Source: an uncultured Deinococcales bacterium
GTDB taxonomy: Bacteria > Deinococcota > Deinococci > Deinococcales > JAAFIG01
Direction of reading: 5' to 3'
Assembly (NCBI GenBank): GCA_964244895.1
Contig: CAXTKV010000047.1
Location: 2,466-13,917, forward strand
Length of the DNA stretch: 11,452 nt
This document shows positions 1 through 8,473 of this stretch, one piece after another. Positions within the stretch are counted from its first letter, which is position 1. Every line of letters starts with the position of its first letter. The notes under the pieces were generated by a model that saw nothing but the letters and a program-made list of their open reading frames with translations, did not search any database and was not told the DNA's origin. Made by a program: the position numbers and the translations under genes.

Positions 1-108
1 CAGCCCGTCAGGTGCTATCTCGTGAGCAAGAAGCGCGAACAGCCCGTCAGGTGCTATCTCGTGAGCAAGAAGCGCGAACAGCCCGTCAGGTGCTCTCGTG
101 AGCGAGAA
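1..108. repeat. 39-bp tandem repeat (2 perfect units plus 1 degenerate partial unit), possibly truncated by the window edge
   Basis: CAGCCCGTCAGGTGCTATCTCGTGAGCAAGAAGCGCGAA is identical at 1-39 and 40-78. A third unit from 79 has a 2-bp deletion and runs into ACGGTGTTCTCGAG. Confidence 0.95.
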
Positions 109-284
109 CGGTGTTCTCGAGAATCTTGCGGCCAGCACATTTAAGCCCAAATCCTCGCCATTCCGAGGGGAAACGACGAAGAATCTTGCACCGTTGCGCA
201 GCCCGCACCGCATTCTCGGCTTCCAGAGCGGCAAAAGACCATCCGCCGCGCTCGAGGCGCGGCAGCCCTATCGCCGGTTTCCGC

Positions 285-313
285 TTGACGCACCCGTCCG
301 CTCCGGCTACACT
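285..313 (+). promoter_or_regulatory. sigma70-type promoter for tRNA-Leu/secG
   Basis: TTGACG (285-290), 17-bp spacer, TACACT (308-313), ending 22 bp upstream of the tRNA. Confidence 0.75.
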
Positions 314-335
314 TCGTTGGCGTTTTCGCAACCGT

Positions 336-420
<85 letters not shown>

Positions 421-449
421 AATCAAGCGCTCTGAAACGAGGTCTCTGG

Positions 450-680
450 ATGCTTTTTCTACTCGGGTTCGTGATTTACGTGGCCACCTGCGTGGGCCTG
501 GTGTACTTCGTGTTGTTGCAGGAACCCAAACAGGGCGGTCTGTCCAGTTCGTTGGGCGGTGGCGGCACGGATTTGTTCAGCGGTCGCGGCGTGGCGGGTG
601 GATTGGTGCGCATCACGATCATCCTGGCGGGCGTGTTCCTGGTGTTGGCTGTGCTGTTGAATCACATCCGCGATCTTTGA
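450..680 (+). CDS. secG: Preprotein translocase subunit SecG
   Basis: 76 aa with two hydrophobic segments around VLLQEPKQGGLSSSLGGG..LF, the typical SecG motif. GAGG at 439-442. Lies next to a tRNA-Leu. Confidence 0.93.
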   Translation: MLFLLGFVIYVATCVGLVYFVLLQEPKQGGLSSSLGGGGTDLFSGRGVAGGLVRITIILAGVFLVLAVLLNHIRDL

Positions 681-696
681 ACCACCGGTCGGTCGG

Positions 697-736
697 AACC
701 CGTGGGCGGTCAGTGCGACCGCCCACGGGTTTTGCT
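697..736 (+). terminator. Intrinsic terminator after secG
   Basis: 15-bp perfect stem AACCCGTGGGCGGTC (697-711) / GACCGCCCACGGGTT (717-731), 5-nt loop, T-rich tail. Confidence 0.8.
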
Positions 737-757
737 TGATCGCGTTTGAGGTGCGCT

Positions 758-803
758 AACACCGTTCAGGACGCGTATTTATGGGTTCGTTCCGGACGGT
801 GTT
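758..803. repeat. Dispersed palindromic element, copy 1 (46-bp core)
   Basis: AACACCGT-N30-ACGGTGTT. Inner arms TCAGGACG/CGTTCCGG are degenerate; the centre is AT-rich. Confidence 0.8.
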
Positions 804-962
804 CATCTTTTCTCCGGCCAATCTCGAGACCGCGCAGCCTTCGGACGGAAATCCAGCGAGTCCGAAGCGCTTTGTGCAATCCGGATCACTTTGTGTCAAT
901 TTTGTTACGCCAAACAGCCTAGAACGCCGTACCAGACGTGAAAAAAGCTTAAGCCAAAATGC

Positions 963-991
963 TTGATTCAATGCAATCCCTCTGATAGAGT
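963..991 (+). promoter_or_regulatory. Candidate sigma70 promoter of the peptide ABC operon
   Basis: TTGATT (963-968), 17-bp spacer, TAGAGT (986-991), with an extended -10 TG at 983-984 and AT-rich upstream DNA. Confidence 0.6.
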
Positions 992-1079
992 GCCGTCGTT
1001 AGCCCCGCTCCGCCTCAGGAGTCGAACGCCAGAACTTCGTCCCTGGTGCTCGAGCTACAAGCGTCATAGGAGGATCTGC

Positions 1080-2837
1080 ATGAAGAAAGCACTCGTTGCA
1101 GTCGCAGCGCTCGCCTTCTCGGGTGGTGCGTTCGCCGCGCCGTTCGTGAACTCTGCGTCTTGGACAGCATCCAAGCCCTCCGAAGTCAAGCGTGGCGGAA
1201 GCTACGCCGACGGAACCTTCAGCAATTACACGACCTTCAACCCGCTTTACACGCGCGTCTCGGGTGACATTCCGGGTCGTCTGAGCGGCGGAGCCCTGTT
1301 CACGCTGGATGTCGAAAAGCGCGAGTATCTGCCTTACGCCGCCGAAAGCTACACCCTTTCGCCCGACAAACGCACCTGGACGATCAAGCTGCGCCCGGAA
1401 GCCAAATGGAGCGACGGCAAGCCGCTCGTGGCGGACGATTACGTCATCTCGACCACGATCAATCAGGACGAGAAGATGGAGACGCAGTTCTACGATGAGT
1501 ACTTCCTGGATGACAAGCCGATCGTCGTCACCGCCGTGGACGCGCGCACCTTGAAAGTCGTCTTTCCGAAGGCCACGGTAGACGAAATCGAGAAGCTGCC
1601 TTCTCCCCTGCCCGCCCACGTCTTCGCGCCCGTCTACAACGACGGCAAGGGCAAGAAAGCCGATGTCGAAGCGATCTGGAGCCTCAAGACCGATCCGACT
1701 CAGGTCGTGACGCTCGGCCCGTGGGTGCTGCGCTCGTACCGCCCCGGTGAGCGCGTGGTCTTCGCCAAGAGCCCGACTTACGGCGACTGGAACAAGGACT
1801 CGGCGGGCGGCGCACTGCCGTACCTGGACGGGTACTCCGTGGAAATCTTCAAGGACAGCAACGCGAACTTCGCCGCTTTCCTGGCGGGCAAGGTCGATAC
1901 CTTCAACCCCCGCAACGCCGACGATCTGGCTCAGATCAAGAAGGCCATTGACGGCGGTCAGATCAAGGCCGTGCTCAAGCCCAACGTCTCGAGCGCCCAG
2001 ACGGGCGACCGGATCGCCTGGAACTGGAACCGCAAGGCCGACCCGTGGAAGCAGAAGCTCTTCCGGGACTCGCGCTTCCGTCGCGCCATGAGCTACCTGA
2101 TGAACCGCACCGCGATGGTCTCCATCGCCCTGGGCGGAACCGGGCAGGCCATGTACGATTACGTGCCGCCGCTCTTTAAGGTCTTCACCAGCCCGAACCT
2201 GACCAAATATGACTTCAACCCCGAAGCCGCCACCAAGATCCTGAACGAGATCGGCTTCAAGAAGAAGAACGCCGACGGTTACCTGGTGGATGGCGCGGGC
2301 AAGGTGCTCGAGTTCGACCTCTCGCCGAACGCGGGCAACAACCGCCGCGCGGCGATCTCGCAGATCTTCGCGGATGAAGCCAAAAAGATCGGCGTCAAGG
2401 TCAACGTCCGCCCGGTCGATGTCGGCACCTGGTCGGAGTACATCGGCTCGAGCGACAAGACCGATGACCGCCCGTTCGATTCGGTGATGTACGGCATCGT
2501 CGGCGGCGGCATCATCCTGCCGTTCTCTGAAGCCGTGCTGGACTGCCGCAACGGTACGCTGGTCGCCTGGAACCAGTCCGGCAAGTGCATCGCGCCGTGG
2601 GAAACGACGGTCGTGAACCTGTTCGGCAAGGCCAAACTGGAATTCGACGCCGCCAAACGCAAGCAGATCGTGTTCCAGATTCAGGATGTCATGTCCAAGG
2701 AACAGCCGGTCGTGTACACCGTTTCCCCGAACTACCACGCCGCCTGGACGAGCCGTCTGCACGGCGAATTCCCGACCGGCATTCAGGACGCTTACGTCGG
2801 CGACCGCGCGACAGACCTGTCCTGGGTCAGCGAGTAA
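1080..2837 (+). CDS. Peptide/oligopeptide ABC transporter substrate-binding protein (SBP family 5, OppA/DppA/AppA-like)
   Basis: Start reassigned from 963 to ATG 1080, which follows AGGAGG (1068-1073). Signal peptide MKKALVAVAALAFSGGAFA. Family-5 signature PYAAESYTLSPDKRTWTIKLRPEAKWSDGKPLVADD, plus LGPW and FRDSRFRRAMSY. 585 aa. Confidence 0.95.
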   Translation: MKKALVAVAALAFSGGAFAAPFVNSASWTASKPSEVKRGGSYADGTFSNYTTFNPLYTRVSGDIPGRLSGGALFTLDVEKREYLPYAAESYTLSPDKRTWTIKLRPEAKWSDGKPLVADDYVISTTINQDEKMETQFYDEYFLDDKPIVVTAVDARTLKVVFPKATVDEIEKLPSPLPAHVFAPVYNDGKGKKADVEAIWSLKTDPTQVVTLGPWVLRSYRPGERVVFAKSPTYGDWNKDSAGGALPYLDGYSVEIFKDSNANFAAFLAGKVDTFNPRNADDLAQIKKAIDGGQIKAVLKPNVSSAQTGDRIAWNWNRKADPWKQKLFRDSRFRRAMSYLMNRTAMVSIALGGTGQAMYDYVPPLFKVFTSPNLTKYDFNPEAATKILNEIGFKKKNADGYLVDGAGKVLEFDLSPNAGNNRRAAISQIFADEAKKIGVKVNVRPVDVGTWSEYIGSSDKTDDRPFDSVMYGIVGGGIILPFSEAVLDCRNGTLVAWNQSGKCIAPWETTVVNLFGKAKLEFDAAKRKQIVFQIQDVMSKEQPVVYTVSPNYHAAWTSRLHGEFPTGIQDAYVGDRATDLSWVSE

Positions 2838-2849
2838 ACCCACGCTTTT

Positions 2850-2880
2850 TTGGGGCGGGGAGCACGTCTCCCCGCCCCAA
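2850..2880 (+). other. Strong intra-operon stem-loop after the SBP gene (mRNA stabiliser or partial terminator)
   Basis: 13-bp stem TTGGGGCGGGGAG / CTCCCCGCCCCAA with a 5-nt loop. No downstream U-tract on either strand. Confidence 0.65.
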
Positions 2881-2898
2881 TCCCTACGCCAGACCACA

Positions 2899-2950
2899 AA
2901 GACCGTCCTGCACGCAAATAAAAACTCACGTGCCAGACGGTGTTCTCGAG
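2899..2950. repeat. Dispersed palindromic element, copy 2
   Basis: AAGACCGT-CCTGCACGCAAATAAAAACTCACGTGCCAG-ACGGTGTT (2899-2944, 46 bp) followed by CTCGAG. Confidence 0.88.
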
Positions 2951-3049
2951 CCACACGCTTTGCCACAATTTTCAGAATACGAGAAAGACACTCCAGATTT
3001 CCCATTCGACCCGACCGCACCCGGCTCAAACGCACCACAGGAGTCCCCG

Positions 3050-4033
3050 ATGCTGCCCTACATCATCAGACGGCTTTTGAACCTGATCCCCGTATTCCTG
3101 GTGGCATCGCTGCTGTCGTTCTTGATGCTGAATTCCGCGCCGGGAAGCTTTCTGGACGAACTCAGGCAAAACCCGAAGGTCAAACCTGAAACCATCGAAC
3201 GGTTAAAAGAAAAATTTCAACTCGACAAACCCGTGCTGGTGCGCTACGTCGCCTGGCTCGGCAACGTCGTCAAAGGCGATTTCGGCGAATCGTTCGCTTT
3301 TCAGCGACCCGTGATCGAGGTCGTGCAGCAACCGATCGTGAATTCGTTGATCCTGGCGATTCCAAACCTGATCCTGGTCTACCTGATCGCCATTCCCGTC
3401 GGGGTCTACGGCGCGATCCGGCAGTACAGCCTAGGGGATAAAACCATCAGTTTGATCACGTATTTTTTCCTGGGCATCCCGAGCTTTTTCTTCGCGCTGA
3501 TCATGCTGCTGTTGCTGGTACAGCTCAAGAATGCCGCCGGGCACGAGATTCTACCCGTTACGGGCATGACTTCACGGAATTTTGATTTCCTCAGCCCATG
3601 GCAGCAATTCTGGGACATCGCCTGGCACGCGCTTCCGCCATTGATCGTGATCACGCTGCACGACGTGGCGGGATTCTCGAGGTTCATGCGCGGTCAGATG
3701 CTGGAATTCATGAATCAGGATTACGTCCGTACTGCCCGCAGCAAGGGCGTGCCGGAACGCCTGGTGGTCTACAAGCACGCGCTCAGGAACGCGGTCGTGC
3801 CGTTCGTGGCGGTCGTCGGCGGAACGCTACCGGCCTTGATCTTCGGCGTGGGCTTCGTGGAATTCGTGATGAACTGGCCCGGCATTTTCCCGACGTACCT
3901 GCAGGCCTTGACCGGCCAGGACACCTTCGTCAACATGGCCTTCATCGCGGTTTCGCTGGTGCTGTTGATCATCGGCAACCTGATTTCCGATCTCTTGCTG
4001 GCGTGGGTTGACCCGCGCATCCGTTACGCGTGA
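3050..4033 (+). CDS. Peptide ABC transporter permease (OppB/DppB family)
   Basis: Start at ATG 3050 after AGGAG. MLPYIIRRLL N-terminus, GDFGES motif, EAA loop QDYVRTARSKGVPERLVVYKHALRN and C-terminal DPRIRY. 327 aa. Confidence 0.96.
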   Translation: MLPYIIRRLLNLIPVFLVASLLSFLMLNSAPGSFLDELRQNPKVKPETIERLKEKFQLDKPVLVRYVAWLGNVVKGDFGESFAFQRPVIEVVQQPIVNSLILAIPNLILVYLIAIPVGVYGAIRQYSLGDKTISLITYFFLGIPSFFFALIMLLLLVQLKNAAGHEILPVTGMTSRNFDFLSPWQQFWDIAWHALPPLIVITLHDVAGFSRFMRGQMLEFMNQDYVRTARSKGVPERLVVYKHALRNAVVPFVAVVGGTLPALIFGVGFVEFVMNWPGIFPTYLQALTGQDTFVNMAFIAVSLVLLIIGNLISDLLLAWVDPRIRYA

Positions 4034-4040
4034 GGCTGCC

Positions 4041-5204
4041 ATGACCGATATCGCATCTGGAAACGTCAATACGCCCACCGTGCCCAAGGAGCAGCAGGCG
4101 CGCAGCAAATCCTTGACGCAGATCGCCTGGGAGAGCTTTCGCAAGCACCAGCTCGCGATGCTGGGTTCGATCATTCTGGGCGCGATGTACATCGGTTCGA
4201 TCTTCGCGCCGTTCATCGCGCCCTACGGCATGGCCGAGTACAGCACGTCCAACATCACTCGAGATCAACCGCCCAGCACGGTGTACTTCCGCGACCCAGA
4301 AACGGGCGCGCTCTCGTGGCCTTTCGTCTATCCGGTCAAAAGCGAACTCGATCAGACCTCGTTCGAGACGAAGTACACCGAAGATCGCTCCCAGAAATTT
4401 CCGATCAAGTTCTTCTACAGCCGCGGTGAAGGTGCTGGGCAGGGCAAGTTGTTCGGATTGATCCCGATCAACGTTCACCTCTTCGGCGTGGACGACCCAG
4501 CCCGGATTTACATCCTGGGATCGGACAATTACGGGCGCGACATCTTCAGCCGGATCATGTACGGATCGCAGATTTCCTTGACCATCGGGATCGTCGCCAA
4601 CCTGGGCGCGTTCATCCTGGGCATGATCTTCGGCGGGATCGCCGGGTACTTCGGCGGCTGGGTGGACAACATCGTCATGCGTTTGACCGAAGTGCTTTCA
4701 GCGCTGCCGACGCTGATCTTGCTGCCGACGCTGATTGCGCTCCTGCCCAAAGACCTCAACCCGATCCTGGTGTTCTACGGTGTGGTCGCCGCGCTCAGCT
4801 TGCTCGCCTGGGGCGATCTGGCGCGCGTCATCCGATCACAAATTTTTTCGATCCGCGAGCAGGATTACGCCCAGGCCGCGATCGCGCTCGGCGCGAGCGA
4901 GGCCCGCGTGATCTTCCGGCACATCCTGCCCGCGACCTTCACGTACCTGATCGTCAGCGCGTCGTTGGCCATTCCCGGCTACATCCTGGCGGAATCGGCG
5001 CTGTCGTTTATCGGCTACGGCATCCGCGAACCCCAGGCGAGCTGGGGATTGATGCTTCAGGCTGCGCAGGAAACGGGTTTCGCGGCGCTGGTGCTGCGCC
5101 CGTGGTTGCTGGTGCCGGGCTTCTTCATCGTGCTGGCGGTGCTGTGTTGGAACTTCGTGGGTGACGGAATGCGCGATGCCTTCGATCCCAAAAAGCGTCA
5201 ATGA
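4041..5204 (+). CDS. Peptide ABC transporter permease (OppC/DppC family)
   Basis: Start at ATG 4041. LGSDNYGRDIFSRIMYGSQISL, EAA loop EQDYAQAAIALGAS..RVIFRHILP, ESALSFIG, SWGLML and GDGMRDAFDP. 387 aa. Confidence 0.96.
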   Translation: MTDIASGNVNTPTVPKEQQARSKSLTQIAWESFRKHQLAMLGSIILGAMYIGSIFAPFIAPYGMAEYSTSNITRDQPPSTVYFRDPETGALSWPFVYPVKSELDQTSFETKYTEDRSQKFPIKFFYSRGEGAGQGKLFGLIPINVHLFGVDDPARIYILGSDNYGRDIFSRIMYGSQISLTIGIVANLGAFILGMIFGGIAGYFGGWVDNIVMRLTEVLSALPTLILLPTLIALLPKDLNPILVFYGVVAALSLLAWGDLARVIRSQIFSIREQDYAQAAIALGASEARVIFRHILPATFTYLIVSASLAIPGYILAESALSFIGYGIREPQASWGLMLQAAQETGFAALVLRPWLLVPGFFIVLAVLCWNFVGDGMRDAFDPKKRQ

Positions 5205-5214
5205 CGGATGGCCG

Positions 5215-5272
5215 CTCGAGAAGACCGTGCTGCACGCAAATGGATGGTTCCGTCCTGGACGGTGTTCTCGAG
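5215..5272. repeat. Dispersed palindromic element, copy 3 (full 58-bp form)
   Basis: CTCGAG-AAGACCGT-N30-ACGGTGTT-CTCGAG. The core 5221-5266 is 46 bp. Confidence 0.9.
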
Positions 5273-5358
5273 ACGTTGAAGCGCAGGGGTTGACTCGAGA
5301 CGGATTCACGAAAGCTGCACGGTCGGGTTATCATCGCGCCTAATTCTGGGAGGATCCA

Positions 5359-6369
<1,011 letters not shown>

Positions 6370-6371
6370 GC

Positions 6372-7388
<1,017 letters not shown>

Positions 7389-7403
7389 ACATCCCGGACG
7401 ATC

Positions 7404-7432
7404 AGCCGTCCGCTTCCGGCTGACGGCTTTTT
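7404..7432 (+). terminator. Intrinsic terminator of the ABC operon
   Basis: Stem AGCCGTC (7404-7410) / GACGGCT (7422-7428) followed by TTTT, 15 bp after the stop codon. Confidence 0.65.
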
Positions 7433-7449
7433 CATGACCCGAGGTGAAT

Positions 7450-7511
7450 AACACCGTCCAGCACAGTGTTTTTACGATCTCGAGATTCGCGTGCTGGACG
7501 GTCTTCTCGAG
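7450..7511. repeat. Dispersed palindromic element, copy 4 (reverse orientation, +10 bp)
   Basis: AACACCGT-N40-ACGGTCTT-CTCGAG. Perfect arms ACCGTCCAGCAC (7453-7464) / GTGCTGGACGGT (7491-7502). Confidence 0.88.
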
Positions 7512-7570
7512 GGGGCGTCCTCAATGCTCAAATAGACCCCTGCGAAAGGGGTCGAACACTTCTGGAGGGC

Positions 7571-7635
7571 AGGGTAACCACAAGGGTTACCCCTACAAAA
7601 GCCTGTCCTGTAGGGGTAACCCTTGTGGTTACCCT
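7571..7635. repeat. Inverted doublet of a GTAG-family REP
   Basis: AGGGTAACCACAAGGGTTACCCCTACA (7571-7597) and its exact reverse complement TGTAGGGGTAACCCTTGTGGTTACCCT (7609-7635). Each unit is GTAG plus an 8-bp stem GGGTAACC/GGTTACCC. Confidence 0.9.
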
Positions 7636-7715
7636 CGCGTCAACGCGTTCTGGGGACTGACTTTCGCAAGAAGTTCATTGAATTTCGAGAGAGGCTCTTC
7701 CTGGGACGCGGCATC

Positions 7716-8294
7716 TCAACCCGTGCGCGCGCGTCTCGGCTGACCGTCAGCGTCAAACTCGAGTTCGACGGGATAACCCACGGCGGCGAAGGCGCTCGGG
7801 TAGCGAACCGTACCGCGCAGTTCGGGACGGAAGGCGCGCAGGGTCTGGATCATGTACTGATCTTCCGAAACCTCGAAGGGCGCACGAATCCCCAGGTTGC
7901 TCGAAGGCTGGAACCCGAAGCGCGGGTAGTAGCCCGCGTGCCCGCGCACGATCACGAGCGACTCGTCGGCGGCCTCGGCGCGCGCCAGGGCGGCCTGAAC
8001 CAGCGCGCTGCCGACGCCAGCGCCGTGGTGATCCGGGTCAACGGCCAGCGGCCCGAGGACGAGAATTCTTCGCAGCCCGCGATGCTCGTCCTCGAGCCCG
8101 ACGGCGCTCAGCAGGACGTGACCGATCACGTCACTCTTGAACTGCGCGACCAGCGAATACGCCTCGCGGTGCTGCGGTGAGCGCCGGATCGCCGCGACCA
8201 CGCGCGCCTCGTTCGGCCCGCCGAAAGCTCTGGCGTGAATCGCCTCGACCAGAGTCCAGTCGAGGATGGTTTCGGAGCGAATCTCGAGGCTCAC
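7716..8294 (-). CDS. GNAT-family N-acetyltransferase (YhbS-like)
   Basis: Probable GTG start at 8294 (VSLEIRSET...), with a weak RBS. AFGGPNEARVVAAIR, VIGHVLLS, acetyl-CoA motif A LGPLAVDPDHHGAGVGSALV and GHAGYYPRFGF. The start is uncertain. Confidence 0.88.
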   Translation of the reverse strand: MSLEIRSETILDWTLVEAIHARAFGGPNEARVVAAIRRSPQHREAYSLVAQFKSDVIGHVLLSAVGLEDEHRGLRRILVLGPLAVDPDHHGAGVGSALVQAALARAEAADESLVIVRGHAGYYPRFGFQPSSNLGIRAPFEVSEDQYMIQTLRAFRPELRGTVRYPSAFAAVGYPVELEFDADGQPRRARTG

Positions 8295-8473
8295 GTCACC
8301 ACAACTTACCCGAGTCCGCACGGGTCGTCCACGGCGGCCCGATCCCAGGCTCGAAAGCGATGCGCTCACGGCTCGAATGGCCGATGCGCGAGCTGCAAAA
8401 ACCGACCACCACGGCGTTAAAATGTGTGTCGAGCGAAACGGTCTCGAGGCCGCACGCTCGAGGAGGAGGGCCT

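Noticed and set aside
1..108. 39-bp repeats as a CRISPR array
   Set aside because: Units are head-to-tail with no unique spacers, and there are no cas genes in the window.
120..189. AGAATCTTGC direct repeat at 120-129 and 180-189
   Set aside because: Only two 10-bp copies with nothing recognisable between them; no supportable function.
872..890. TGTGC-N8-TCACT as a CRP/FNR-type site
   Set aside because: The spacing is 8 rather than 6, and both half-sites are imperfect.
963..1079. N-terminal extensions in the ORF track (963, 2585, 4008, 6252, 8177, 8369)
   Set aside because: Downstream starts fit better with RBS, signal peptide or family N-termini. The extensions cross promoters, repeats or neighbouring genes.
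999..3038. 679-aa minus-strand ORF (likewise 5125-6390, 6366-7454 and 8504-10063)
   Set aside because: These are antisense shadows of well-supported genes, expected from high-GC codon bias. They have no recognisable motifs.
7444..8180. ORFs 7444-7743, 7466-7660 and 7623-8180 (+)
   Set aside because: They read through palindromic repeats or lie antisense to the GNAT gene.
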